DNA of 64,000 nt from an uncultured bacterium (GTDB lineage: Bacteria > Bacteroidota > Bacteroidia > Chitinophagales > CAIODY01). Under the pieces are notes generated by a model. The model was not told the DNA's origin and did no database searches. It saw only the letters and a program-made list of their open reading frames with translations. Every line of letters begins with the position of its first letter. Within the stretch, counting starts at the first letter, position 1. The stretch covers positions 10,068 through 74,067 of the forward strand of contig CAIODY010000115.1 of the NCBI GenBank assembly GCA_903857255.1. The letters are read 5' to 3'. Shown piece after piece: positions 36,699 through 47,607 of this stretch. The position numbers and the translations under genes are program-made.

Positions 36699-38143
36699 TT
36701 TAATTTTTTCAGCAATTGAGTGGCATTATACATACAAAAAATAATAGCCATAGGAATTAATAATGCTTCGAACAAAATTGATTTAATATTCTCAGGTCCG
36801 CTACGAACAATAGAGGGGAACTGTGCAGCTAACAAAAATAGAAATGTAAAATACGCAAATTTTAAAAATAAATTATTGGTACTTTCTGATTGAATTCGTA
36901 ACCAAAAACCTAAATAGAAAAATAACATCAACACTATTGCTCCAAGTAAAATTCCAACCCATCCAAAATTCAAATACCAAGCAGCACTATTGTAAATAGA
37001 ATAGCCTTGACCAGGTTTGGCATTTACGCTTCGGGCGTAGTAAGAATAAATATCCTCTTGTGTGTTTTTTTTATGAAAAATGAATTTAGGAAGGAGTGAA
37101 TTTGCTAAAATCTTAATACTTGTTCCATTTGTAATAGCAACATTCTTCTTCAAAATGCCATACATCGAAAAATTTGCAAAAAATAATTCGTTACTAAAAG
37201 CCACATTAGCCAAAGCATGCGATGTTGCAATAAGCACGTCATCTGATGCATATACATTGATTTTGTTTAACTCATCTAATTCTTCTTTTGCTAAGTTTGG
37301 ATGATAAATGTGGCTAATAATAATAGGAAATATTGCTCGGGCTGGGTCGCTTAAAATTATCGGGATAGTAATAATGCAAGAAACAACGATGATTTTTTTG
37401 AGTGTAATAATTTTTTCAAAAAACCATTTTATTAAAAAAAATAAAATGAATATGCCGCTGAATACCAATTCATGTCGGTTACCTAATGCAGTTAGGTAGC
37501 CTATACCCAGAAATACACTAATGTAAATAAAAATTTTATCGTATATTTTTTTTGGAGCGTTTTGTAAAATTAACATGCCATAAAGTGGCACAAATACTAT
37601 GTAATTATTGGCTAATTGATGAATGCTTTTTAAACTGTTGTTTGAATTCCGTGTAATTAAATAAATAGATTTAGAAAATGAAACTGAAAAAAAAAGTTCT
37701 TTTCGCATCACATACGCACTTACAAGAATTAAAAATACAGTAGTTGTAAATATGAAAATGCTATTTACTTGGGGCAATTGATTGGGTGATAAAAATGTTT
37801 TAGGAAAACTGAATTTTCTAATTGCCAACAATAAAATAGTGAGAAAACAAATGATAAATAAGGAGTACGATAAAATGCTCTGAAAGTAAATCCAATCAAC
37901 ATCCACCTTAAATAATTTTTCAAAAATATAATAGTAATGCAACCCAATTACTTTTCCTTTTTCGTTCGATAATTGGTCAGGAATTAAAATCCAAGCACCT
38001 GCAATTCCCCAATAATAAAGAATGAATGAAGCAATAGCAACACTCCATTCATGTGTGATTTGATAGATTTTTTTATTTAGAAAAAAAATTATTCCTGCAC
38101 CACCAATTAAAAGTGCATAAAGCGAAATGATTAAAATAGCCAT
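36695..38143 (-). CDS. Polytopic membrane protein, possibly a second O-antigen polymerase (Wzy/EpsG-like)
   Basis: 482 aa with more than 10 predicted TM helices. Embedded in the polysaccharide operon, with a 4-bp overlap to the downstream GT gene. Confidence 0.45.
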   Translation of the reverse strand: MAILIISLYALLIGGAGIIFFLNKKIYQITHEWSVAIASFILYYWGIAGAWILIPDQLSNEKGKVIGLHYYYIFEKLFKVDVDWIYFQSILSYSLFIICFLTILLLAIRKFSFPKTFLSPNQLPQVNSIFIFTTTVFLILVSAYVMRKELFFSVSFSKSIYLITRNSNNSLKSIHQLANNYIVFVPLYGMLILQNAPKKIYDKIFIYISVFLGIGYLTALGNRHELVFSGIFILFFLIKWFFEKIITLKKIIVVSCIITIPIILSDPARAIFPIIISHIYHPNLAKEELDELNKINVYASDDVLIATSHALANVAFSNELFFANFSMYGILKKNVAITNGTSIKILANSLLPKFIFHKKNTQEDIYSYYARSVNAKPGQGYSIYNSAAWYLNFGWVGILLGAIVLMLFFYLGFWLRIQSESTNNLFLKFAYFTFLFLLAAQFPSIVRSGPENIKSILFEALLIPMAIIFCMYNATQLLKKLK

Positions 38144-38311
38144 TTGTTGATGATATTTTTTTTAGTGAAACGCATTTCAAGAACATTTACGACACAACCA
38201 TGATGCTGATTTGTGAGGCTTAATACGATTTCTGTTTTATGAGTGAAGAAATTGCTGACAAAAATTGTAACAACAAAACAAATGAAAATGCATAAAACAA
38301 GTATATAGAAA

Positions 38312-39574
38312 TCATGAATTGTTTTTTGTTAAAATTTTTTTTGTCGTAAAGAAAGTTAATATTCCTAAAAGATTAACACTACAAGAAAAGCAAATTAATA
38401 AATGGGGTAAAGAATTTTTCTTCATTAAATATAAAACTCCGAAACTTATCAAAAATAAAACGAAACAAATCAACACATTCATTCCGTTTTTTGCAGAACT
38501 GTAATAGGCATCAATGATGCTTCGCAATACTGAATAAATGCTGAATCCAATTACGCAAGTGAAAATAATAATTAAATATTTGAATGTATTTTCAGCATCT
38601 TTCACGTTAAAAAAAAGAAGTAAAAATTTTCCTAAAAAAATAATTACAACAATTGAAAGTCCACCAATCAACATAGCTAATAAAGTCATTTTTTTATTGA
38701 TAGAAGATAATGCTGTGAAGTTTTTTTGTTGAATAATTTTAGCAGATTCAGGTAGTAAAATGATATTAATCGGCGACATAAATGCAATAATAATATTCAG
38801 CAAACTCATACAGAATGCGACTTTCCCGGCTTCAATCAATGAAATGTAATTGGCTGCAATGAATACAGGAATGGAAGTGAACAAATTGAAAATTACATCG
38901 CCTGGCATTCTTCGATAGCCATAATTAAACATCTCTTTCACGATTTTTTTTGAACTATGAAATTCTAAACTTTGCTTACCAATTAAAAATAATTGAATGC
39001 TGAATGAAAAAAATAAACTGATGATAGATAGCAAAACAAAATAACTTTTTATATCAGTAGCAATAAAATAAACAATTAATGGTAGCAATCCTAAATTGAC
39101 AAATTGCATCATGGCTGATAAGTTATATTTTCCGCCGCCTCGAAAAAAATTGTATATGCTTGTATGAACCATCAAACTCATTGAATAAAACATACAGGCT
39201 AACAATAGCCAAAATTCATTTGTAGTTCCGAAAACAATTTGAGTGATAAAATTTTTGAATAAAAAACCAATAATCAATGCTGTTGAAAAAATTCCAATCA
39301 GAAAAATTTGAACTGAATAATGAATTTGTTTTTGAACTGATTCGTTTTTTTCAATCGCTAAATATTTTGGTAGTGAAACCCCAAATCCTAATATCAGCAA
39401 GGGTTGTACAAATCCAATAAATCTTTTTGAAACGGTGTATTCTGAAAAACCAATTTGCTCAAATTTTTTCCCGATGATTTTAAATAATGCAACACTAATA
39501 AGCATGATTAAAAATTCAACGCCGAAGGTTACTGCATAATCCAATATTTTCTTCTTCGATAAATTAAACATCAT
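38312..39574 (-). CDS. Oligosaccharide flippase (Wzx / MOP superfamily)
   Basis: 420 aa, about 12 TM helices. Position in the polysaccharide locus. Confidence 0.65.
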   Translation of the reverse strand: MMFNLSKKKILDYAVTFGVEFLIMLISVALFKIIGKKFEQIGFSEYTVSKRFIGFVQPLLILGFGVSLPKYLAIEKNESVQKQIHYSVQIFLIGIFSTALIIGFLFKNFITQIVFGTTNEFWLLLACMFYSMSLMVHTSIYNFFRGGGKYNLSAMMQFVNLGLLPLIVYFIATDIKSYFVLLSIISLFFSFSIQLFLIGKQSLEFHSSKKIVKEMFNYGYRRMPGDVIFNLFTSIPVFIAANYISLIEAGKVAFCMSLLNIIIAFMSPINIILLPESAKIIQQKNFTALSSINKKMTLLAMLIGGLSIVVIIFLGKFLLLFFNVKDAENTFKYLIIIFTCVIGFSIYSVLRSIIDAYYSSAKNGMNVLICFVLFLISFGVLYLMKKNSLPHLLICFSCSVNLLGILTFFTTKKILTKNNS

Positions 39575-39585
39575 TTCAGCAAAAA

Positions 39586-41385
39586 TTAATTAGATAAACC
39601 AAACAACTTTTCCCACTTTGCAATATTAAACAGCTTCCAAAGCATGTGTTTGGTATTGTTTTGTGGGATTTTGTTGTTATAAATTTTTTGCAAAAGTGGT
39701 GAATCATTTATCGTTTTCAAAAAATAGTTATCATCATTTAACCAAATATTTTCGGGTGATTCAAATCCTATTTTTTGTTTGCGCCATGCAATTGAGTCGG
39801 GTAAAATGTTTTGCATTGATTGTCGTAAAATATATTTACTCCAACCATTTTTGATTTTCAAATTTGTAGGTAATGACAAATTAAATTCCAACAACTGATA
39901 ATCTAAAAAAGGCAAACGTGTTTCAATACCAAAGTGCATTGAATTTCGGTCTTCATATTTTAATAATCGAGGCAATTGTGTATGTTGTAATTCCAAAAGT
40001 TGCATGGATAAAGGGTTTTGATAAGCATCTGCCATTTTATCTATCCATGTTTCATCGGCTAATTTTATAAATTCTTGTTTGATTAATGAATGTTTTTTCT
40101 TCAACCTCATTTTGCGAAAAGAGGAATTGGTGAAGTAAAAACTTTGTAGCAATAATTCTTTGGTGCTGACATTTCCATTCGCTAAAACCTGAAAAAATAT
40201 TTTTGGAAAATTCAAAATTGAATTTGATTTAAACAAAGTAGGGTAGTAGCGTTTGTAACCCAAAAGCGTTTCATCTCCACCTTGACCATCTAACAAAACT
40301 TTTATCCGTGATTGATTTGCAGCTTTCATTACAAAGAACTGCATGAAATTGCTGGTATTAAAAAATGGCTCTTCTTGGCATTTTATTTCTTCCTCGATGG
40401 CATCAAAAAAATCTTGTGTGGTTGGTTGTGTTGTAATCCAATTCAAGTTGGATTGTTCAACAACTTGTTTTGCAAATTGTGTTTCATCATTTCTTTGGTC
40501 AATGCTTTGAGCAGTGATGGCTGAAAATTTTTCATTTTCGAAATGATAATTTTTTGCAGCAATGGTTGAAATGTAAGATGAATCTAAACCACCACTCAAA
40601 CAAGTACCAACTTTTACATCGCTTCGCAAACGCCATTGAATACTGCGTTGCATGTTTTGTTGAAATAAATTTACGGCATCTGTCTCCGAAATATTTTTTA
40701 GTGTTTCATCAATTTTAATGCTGTAATATTTTTCGATTTTGAATTGATGTGTTGCTAAATCGTAGGTTAAATGATGCGCTGCTGGTAGTTTTTTTATGTT
40801 GCTGAAAAAAGTTTCATCGGTGTGTTCTTCTAAATTGTAAACCAAATAATCCATTAAAATATTGAAATTCACTTTTGGTTTTTCGATGGTCAGCAATTGT
40901 TTTATTTCTGAACCAAAAATAAATTGATTGCCTGAAATGCAGTAATAGAAAGGCTTTATGCCAAATCTATCGCGACTGCAAAATAATTTATTTTCTTGTT
41001 CATCATAAATGGCAAATGCCCACATACCATTAAAATGATTCACACAATCTTGCTTCCAACAATCATAAGCAGCTAAAATAATTTCAGTATCAGTTTGTGT
41101 TTTAAAATGATAACCTGATTTTTCCAACTCACTTTTCAATTCTAAATAATTATAAATTTCGCCGTTAAATGTGATGGTGTAACGATTCAAATAATGCAAA
41201 GGCTGTTTGCCATTTTCACTTAAATCAATGATAGATAATCGGCGGTGAGCTAAGCCAAAATTATTTTTCAGAAAATATCCTTCGCCATCTGGACCACGAT
41301 GCGATGCAGCATTATTCATCGTTTCAAGCTGTTGCATAGCCACAGGCGAATTATTCTTATGGATGATGCCAGCTATGCCACACAT
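39586..41385 (-). CDS. asnB: Asparagine synthase (glutamine-hydrolysing) family amidotransferase
   Basis: MCGIAG Ntn-Cys start and the SGGLDSS PP-loop. Confidence 0.85.
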   Translation of the reverse strand: MCGIAGIIHKNNSPVAMQQLETMNNAASHRGPDGEGYFLKNNFGLAHRRLSIIDLSENGKQPLHYLNRYTITFNGEIYNYLELKSELEKSGYHFKTQTDTEIILAAYDCWKQDCVNHFNGMWAFAIYDEQENKLFCSRDRFGIKPFYYCISGNQFIFGSEIKQLLTIEKPKVNFNILMDYLVYNLEEHTDETFFSNIKKLPAAHHLTYDLATHQFKIEKYYSIKIDETLKNISETDAVNLFQQNMQRSIQWRLRSDVKVGTCLSGGLDSSYISTIAAKNYHFENEKFSAITAQSIDQRNDETQFAKQVVEQSNLNWITTQPTTQDFFDAIEEEIKCQEEPFFNTSNFMQFFVMKAANQSRIKVLLDGQGGDETLLGYKRYYPTLFKSNSILNFPKIFFQVLANGNVSTKELLLQSFYFTNSSFRKMRLKKKHSLIKQEFIKLADETWIDKMADAYQNPLSMQLLELQHTQLPRLLKYEDRNSMHFGIETRLPFLDYQLLEFNLSLPTNLKIKNGWSKYILRQSMQNILPDSIAWRKQKIGFESPENIWLNDDNYFLKTINDSPLLQKIYNNKIPQNNTKHMLWKLFNIAKWEKLFGLSN

Positions 41386-41586
41386 ATTTTGATGGTTGGT
41401 AGATTTTTTTTACTAAAAGAAATTAACGCATTGAATTCACAAAACTAATGTTAGGAGATGTAAGTTGCATCAATAATTTGAATTGCTTGGAATGTTTTTT
41501 GAAATAGTTTATTGTAAAATCCATATTTTTTTTAAAATTTTTAATACTGGTCGTTAGCTATATTTATCGATTCTTACACTTTTAAT

Positions 41587-42690
41587 ATGAACGCTAATAG
41601 AGTTTATGGTCTGGATATTTTAAGAACTTTAGCAATTGTGTTTGTAGTTTTTTCACACCTGTCGGTGTTGTTATTTCCCCAAATCGGACCAGAGTTGCTC
41701 ACCCCTATTTTTGGTTATTTAGGTGTTGAATTATTTTTTGTGCTTAGCGTTTTTTTAATTGGTACAATAATTATAAAAGAGTTTTTTGAAGAATCAACTT
41801 CGAGTTGGAAAAAACTAAAGATTTTTTGGGTAAGAAGATGGTTTCGAACGCTGCCAACTTATTATTTGGTGCTAATAATCGATGCTGTTTTATCATGTGT
41901 TGTTTTTAAGAATAAATTGATTCCTCAATTTCCATTTTACTTTATTTTTTTGCAAAATCTTTTAAGTCCACATCCAATATATTTCATGATTGCTTGGAGT
42001 TTGGCAATTGAAGAATGGTTTTATTTCACGTTTCCTATTATCGTTTTAGTTCTTACTTTTTCCTTAAAACCAGCTAATAAATCAAGCACAATTATTTATA
42101 CTATTATCCTTTATCAGATTGTTTGTCTTGGTTTGAGGATTTATTTTTCAAACCAAACATTTAGTGATGAGTGGGATGCAGGATTTAAAAGAGTAACCCT
42201 TTTCCGATTAGATGCAATTTCTTTCGGTGTTTTATTGGCAGTTTTAAAAATGAAATTTGGTGAATTATTTTATAAGTTTAAAAGGGTGTCAGCAGTTGTT
42301 GGATTAATAGTATTGATAGCAATGTGTTGTCTGTTGATTCAAAAATTAGAAGGCAATATTGATACACCATTTTTTTTCAAAACAATTTTCTTTACGCTTG
42401 TTTCTTTTTCAATTACTCTACTTTTTCCGTTTTTTGATAGCATAAAATCATTTTCTAAAAATTCAATTTTTGAAAAATTATTCACCAACATTAGCACATA
42501 TTCGTACTCCATTTATTTAATTCACATGCTTGTGAAACTCACACTGATGCAAGTTTTAAGCCGATTGTCAATTCATAATTCAATGCTTCAATTTTATATT
42601 ATTTTATTCGCAACTTATTTCGTTGCACAGCTTTTATACAAGTGGTTTGAAAAACCAACTACTGACTTACGCAATAGGTTTGATAAATAA
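41587..42690 (+). CDS. Acyltransferase family 3 (membrane O-acyltransferase)
   Basis: GLDILRTLAIVFVVFSH start and about 10 TM helices. Divergent from the polysaccharide operon. Confidence 0.8.
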   Translation: MNANRVYGLDILRTLAIVFVVFSHLSVLLFPQIGPELLTPIFGYLGVELFFVLSVFLIGTIIIKEFFEESTSSWKKLKIFWVRRWFRTLPTYYLVLIIDAVLSCVVFKNKLIPQFPFYFIFLQNLLSPHPIYFMIAWSLAIEEWFYFTFPIIVLVLTFSLKPANKSSTIIYTIILYQIVCLGLRIYFSNQTFSDEWDAGFKRVTLFRLDAISFGVLLAVLKMKFGELFYKFKRVSAVVGLIVLIAMCCLLIQKLEGNIDTPFFFKTIFFTLVSFSITLLFPFFDSIKSFSKNSIFEKLFTNISTYSYSIYLIHMLVKLTLMQVLSRLSIHNSMLQFYIILFATYFVAQLLYKWFEKPTTDLRNRFDK

Positions 42691-42727
42691 ATAGCTTGTT
42701 GGTATCTTTCAAATTAAAATCAAATCC

Positions 42728-44641
42728 ATGAGCTATCCTTATCAAATAAAATCGCTTGAACAATATCACGAAGTTTATAAAAAAAGTGTAACGCAACCCG
42801 AAGCGTTTTGGGCTGAAATTGCTGAATATTTTTTATGGAAAAAAAAGTGGGATAAAGTTTTAGACTGGAACTTCAAAGAACCGAAAATACAGTGGTTTCG
42901 AGGTGCTACATTGAACATAACAGAGAATTGTTTGGATAGGCATTTACAAGAAAATGGAAACACAACAGCCATCATTTTTGAACCGAATAATCCTTCCGAA
43001 AAAAGCATTTCACTTTCTTATAAAGAGCTGCATTTTCGAGTGATGCAATTTGCCAATGTGCTAAAAAATAATTGCGTAAAAAAAGGCGACAGAGTTTTGA
43101 TTTACATGGGTATGATTCCTGAATTGGCAATTGCAGTTTTAGCATGTGCAAGGCTTGGAGCCGTTCATAGCGTTGTGTTTGGCGGCTTTTCAGCACAATC
43201 AATTTCAGATAGATTGCACGATGCAAAAGCAGAATTTATTATCACTTGCGATGGCGCATTTCGCGGCGAAAAAATTATTCCACTAAAAAATGTTATTGAT
43301 GATGCGTTGGTAAATTGCGATTTTGTGAAAAAAGTAATTGTGGTTGAACGAACACAAACACCTGTGAGCATGCTTAAACAAAGAGATTTGTGGTGGCATG
43401 AGGAAATAAAAAAAGTAGAGTTGCAAGGCAATCCATTTTGCGAAGCCGAAGAAATGAATGCTGAAGATATACTCTTCATCCTTTACACCAGCGGCTCTAC
43501 GGGCAAGCCCAAAGGTGTGGTGCACACTTGCGCTGGTTATATGGTTTGGGCAAACTATACTTTTGTAAATGTTTTTCAGTATCAAAAAAATCAAGTGTAT
43601 TTCTGTACTGCCGATGTGGGTTGGATTACAGGGCATTCTTACATTTTATACGGACCACTTTCCGCTGGTGCAACCACATTGATGTTTGAAGGCATTCCAA
43701 CATTTCCTGATGCAGGAAGATTTTGGGATATTGTTGACAAGCATCAAGTAAATATCTTGTACACCGCTCCCACAGCCATTCGTAGTCTGATGAGTTTTGG
43801 GTTAGCACCTTTGCGAAATAAAAATTTATCTTCTTTAAAAGTTTTAGGAACTGTCGGCGAACCTATCAATGAAGAGGCTTGGCATTGGTACGATAAAAAT
43901 ATTGGCAAAGAAAAATGCCCAATTGTTGACACTTGGTGGCAAACTGAAACTGGTGGAATTATGATTTCGAATTTGGCTGGAATTACGCCTGCAAAGCCAT
44001 CTTACGCCACTTTGCCTTTGCCAGGTGTGCAACCGATTTTGGTGGATGAAACAGGAAATGAAATTGTTGGAAATAATGTAAGTGGAAACCTCTGCATGAA
44101 ATTTCCTTGGCCTGGCATGTTGCGAACAACTTATGGCGACCATGAACGTTGCCGACAAACTTATTTTTCAACTTATGAAAACCTGTACTTCACTGGTGAT
44201 GGCTGTTTGAGAGATGCGGATGGCAATTACAGAATCACAGGTAGAGTGGATGATGTGTTAAATGTGAGTGGTCATCGAATAGGAACTGCTGAAGTGGAGA
44301 ATGCAATTAACATGCACAATGGAGTGGTGGAAAGTGCTGTGGTGGGTTATCCGCATGATATTAAAGGGCAAGGCATTTATGCTTACGTAATTTTTTCAGG
44401 CGGTTTGAATGATGCCGATTTGATGCGAAAAGATATTTTGCAAACGGTTACTCGAATCATCGGAGCAATTGCAAAGCCTGATAAAATTCAGTTTGTAAGC
44501 GGTTTACCAAAAACACGAAGCGGAAAAATCATGCGAAGAATTTTAAGAAAAATTGCCGAAGGCGAAACCGAAAATTTAGGTGATACAACCACTTTGCTCG
44601 ACCCGAATGTGGTGGGCGACATTAAGAATGGAAAAATTTAA
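42728..44641 (+). CDS. acs: Acetyl-CoA synthetase
   Basis: YTSGSTGKPKGV AMP-binding motif. WWQTETGG and PKTRSGKIMRR motifs. Confidence 0.9.
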   Translation: MSYPYQIKSLEQYHEVYKKSVTQPEAFWAEIAEYFLWKKKWDKVLDWNFKEPKIQWFRGATLNITENCLDRHLQENGNTTAIIFEPNNPSEKSISLSYKELHFRVMQFANVLKNNCVKKGDRVLIYMGMIPELAIAVLACARLGAVHSVVFGGFSAQSISDRLHDAKAEFIITCDGAFRGEKIIPLKNVIDDALVNCDFVKKVIVVERTQTPVSMLKQRDLWWHEEIKKVELQGNPFCEAEEMNAEDILFILYTSGSTGKPKGVVHTCAGYMVWANYTFVNVFQYQKNQVYFCTADVGWITGHSYILYGPLSAGATTLMFEGIPTFPDAGRFWDIVDKHQVNILYTAPTAIRSLMSFGLAPLRNKNLSSLKVLGTVGEPINEEAWHWYDKNIGKEKCPIVDTWWQTETGGIMISNLAGITPAKPSYATLPLPGVQPILVDETGNEIVGNNVSGNLCMKFPWPGMLRTTYGDHERCRQTYFSTYENLYFTGDGCLRDADGNYRITGRVDDVLNVSGHRIGTAEVENAINMHNGVVESAVVGYPHDIKGQGIYAYVIFSGGLNDADLMRKDILQTVTRIIGAIAKPDKIQFVSGLPKTRSGKIMRRILRKIAEGETENLGDTTTLLDPNVVGDIKNGKI

Positions 44642-44721
44642 TTTAAAATAGAAGTGACCTTTGTTCGGGTTTTAAAATTATCAATTTCAATTTAGAATGA
44701 ATCCTATAAATTTACAAGAGA

Positions 44722-46701
44722 ATGAAAAATTTTAGTGCTTATATTTTCTTCACTTTTTTATTTATCAATGTTTGTTTTTCGCAAACTTATAAAAACATTG
44801 ATGCTTGCAAATGGCTTGATATTGCTGAACAAGAAGCGCATGCAGCAAATTTTAAAACAAAAAATATTGGTTCTCACACCAATGATAATTACGATTTGGT
44901 TTATGGAAAATACGAGTTTGACATCAACCCGAATGTGTGGGCTATAATAGGAAAAATAACTTACTATTTTAAGCCAACAATCAATTCGTTTGCCAATATT
45001 TTGTTTGATTGTTCTGATTCGTTGATTGTTGATAGTGTGCTTTATCATCGGCAATCAGGCCTATTTCAGCACATGCCGAATGATATTTTGGCGATTAATT
45101 TATTTCAATTGTTGCCACAAAATCAAATGGATTCTATCTCCATTTTTTATCATGGTAAGCCAATTGGTTCAAATGGTTTTGGTGCATTTCAACAACGAAA
45201 ACATGCTGGAAGCGGCATCATCTGGACATTGAGCGAACCTTATGGCGCAAGCGATTGGATGCCCTGTAAACAATCATTGAGCGATAAATTAGATTCGATA
45301 GATGTTTACATTACAGCTCCTGATTCTTTTAAATCTGTTTCAAACGGAATGAGAAAAAGTATTGTGCATCAAAATAATTCAACTAACATCACACATTGGA
45401 AACATCGTTATCCTATCAGCACTTATTTAATTGCCATTGCATGCACCGACTATGAAGAGTATAATGATTGGGATGTGAATGGTAATGATAGTTTGCTGAT
45501 TCAAAATTTTATTTACGCCGAAGATGATTCATTAGATAAAGCACAAAGTAAAGCTATCGTGAAAGTGATAAAATTTTATGAAAGCAAATTTGGTGCTTAT
45601 CCTTTTCGAAAAGAAAAATATGGTCATGCTCAATTCAGCTGGGGTGGCGGCATGGAGCACCAAACGCAAACATTTGTACACGATTTTGGTTTTGGATTGA
45701 TTGCTCATGAACTTTCGCATCAATGGTTTGGTGATAAATCAACTTGCCACAGTTGGAGCGAAATATGGTTGAATGAAGGCTTTGCAACTTATTGTGCGGC
45801 ATTGAGCAGTGAGTTTGTAGATAACCAAAATGATTGGATAGATTGGCAATGGAGGTCGAGGCAAAGTATTTGGAAGGCAAAATCTGGTTCTGTTTTTTGT
45901 GATGACACAACTTCTGTTGCACGAATTTTTGATGGCAATTATTCTTACTTCAAAGGTGCATGGTTGCTGCACATGTTGCGTTGGCAAATGGGCGATACCG
46001 CTTTTTTTGCTGCAATAAAAGATTACATCACTGACCCTGCAATTCAATATACTTATACCAATACCAATATCTTGAAATCACATCTGGAACAGCATTTTGG
46101 TCAATCGCTCGATACATTTTTTCGAATTTATTTTTATGGAAAAAATCTACCCACTTATAAAGTAAGATGGTGGAAAAAAGATGATACTATTTTTATACAC
46201 ACTGAATTTATTTCCAATCAAACGCCTGATGTTTTTTGTCAAATGCCTTTGGATATTACTATGCGAACTTGGCAAAATGAATATCAGCAAGACAGCACAT
46301 TTGTTATCATGAATACAAAACCTGTTCAGGAGTTTAAGATTTTGTATCCATATTCATTGGGCGGATTTTTATTTGACCAACAAATAAAATTATTGGCGCA
46401 ACGTGATATTCTACAATCACCTGAAGCTGGCTATAATTATGATGCGCCACTTCAAATTACACCCAATCCAGCGCATGATGAAATTTATTTTAATCAAAAA
46501 AAATACAACATTAGCCAGTTGTTTTTTTATGATGTAACAGGTAAACTTCAGCAAACTTTTACTTTACAAAATGCTTCAAACGATAATCGTTATGGCGATT
46601 TATTTCAAGTTGATATTTCTAATCTTCGAGCAGGATTTTATTTTGTTGAAATACTAACAAATACCAATCAGATATTTTACCAAAAATTAATTGTAGAATA
46701 A
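44722..46701 (+). CDS. M1 family metallopeptidase with a T9SS C-terminal sorting domain
   Basis: HELSHQWFGD plus WLNEGFATY (HEXXH-E18). C-terminus ...GFYFVEILTNTNQIFYQKLIVE. Confidence 0.85.
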   Translation: MKNFSAYIFFTFLFINVCFSQTYKNIDACKWLDIAEQEAHAANFKTKNIGSHTNDNYDLVYGKYEFDINPNVWAIIGKITYYFKPTINSFANILFDCSDSLIVDSVLYHRQSGLFQHMPNDILAINLFQLLPQNQMDSISIFYHGKPIGSNGFGAFQQRKHAGSGIIWTLSEPYGASDWMPCKQSLSDKLDSIDVYITAPDSFKSVSNGMRKSIVHQNNSTNITHWKHRYPISTYLIAIACTDYEEYNDWDVNGNDSLLIQNFIYAEDDSLDKAQSKAIVKVIKFYESKFGAYPFRKEKYGHAQFSWGGGMEHQTQTFVHDFGFGLIAHELSHQWFGDKSTCHSWSEIWLNEGFATYCAALSSEFVDNQNDWIDWQWRSRQSIWKAKSGSVFCDDTTSVARIFDGNYSYFKGAWLLHMLRWQMGDTAFFAAIKDYITDPAIQYTYTNTNILKSHLEQHFGQSLDTFFRIYFYGKNLPTYKVRWWKKDDTIFIHTEFISNQTPDVFCQMPLDITMRTWQNEYQQDSTFVIMNTKPVQEFKILYPYSLGGFLFDQQIKLLAQRDILQSPEAGYNYDAPLQITPNPAHDEIYFNQKKYNISQLFFYDVTGKLQQTFTLQNASNDNRYGDLFQVDISNLRAGFYFVEILTNTNQIFYQKLIVE

Positions 46702-46704
46702 TTA

Positions 46705-47535
46705 TTATTCTTTCAGCAACACCTGCCAAGCCTCATGCAGTTTGTGTTGTAGCAAATATTGTTGTGCTGCTTCATGAAAATTATTTCCGTTAAATGGAAA
46801 TGATAAATCAATAGTTGGAATGATTTCCACATTTGCCAACATGCCTAAATCATTGCCCGTTAGCACTTTGCTATTTCTAATTTTTTCGGGTAAATTATCA
46901 ATGCCAATGCCCAATTTTAAATTCGGTTTAGGTACTTCAAACACAGCACTGCCGCTAGCTCGGCAATAATAATCAGCACCCATTCTTGCTACTAAATCAA
47001 TTTTTTGTGGGTCAATTTTTCCTTCTGCATCCAACACTCCATCTTTAATGTGCATCATCACAATTTCACAAATAATCAAATTGCCTGCGCCGCCTTCGTG
47101 CCCAGTTTCGATAATATCTTTCACTTTGCATTCAATATTCACTGGCGATTCAGCCACACAAAATGGTTTTACTTTTTCGGATGCCACAGCCGTGAAACCC
47201 GCTTTACTAAACTCATTCACACCTTTTGGGAATTCGCAACTTGTTAAACTCATTTGTTGCACAATGTTATAATTCACCATATTAATAACCACTTCGGGCA
47301 CTTCTTTCACATTTTCCAAAGTGTGTTTAATCGAATTATCTCTCACTCTTTTTGCTGGCGAAAAAATCAAAATTGGCGGATTACTGCCAAAACAATTAAA
47401 GAAACTAAATGGTGATAAATTGGGCACACCATTTTTATCAATCGTGCTGGCAAACGCAATCGGTCGAGGCGCAATAGAACCCAGCATATACGCATGTAAT
47501 TTGCCTGTTGAAATTTCTCCCGGAATAATTTTCAT
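46705..47535 (-). CDS. Flavin reductase-like (FMN-binding split-barrel) family protein
   Basis: LGSIAPRPIAFAST motif. Start moved to MKIIPGE (47535). Confidence 0.7.
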   Translation of the reverse strand: MKIIPGEISTGKLHAYMLGSIAPRPIAFASTIDKNGVPNLSPFSFFNCFGSNPPILIFSPAKRVRDNSIKHTLENVKEVPEVVINMVNYNIVQQMSLTSCEFPKGVNEFSKAGFTAVASEKVKPFCVAESPVNIECKVKDIIETGHEGGAGNLIICEIVMMHIKDGVLDAEGKIDPQKIDLVARMGADYYCRASGSAVFEVPKPNLKLGIGIDNLPEKIRNSKVLTGNDLGMLANVEIIPTIDLSFPFNGNNFHEAAQQYLLQHKLHEAWQVLLKE

Positions 47536-47607
47536 AAAAAATATTTCTGCAAATAACGTGAAGAAATCAATCACTTGAAAATTGATTTTGCATTTATCTT
47601 TACGCCA

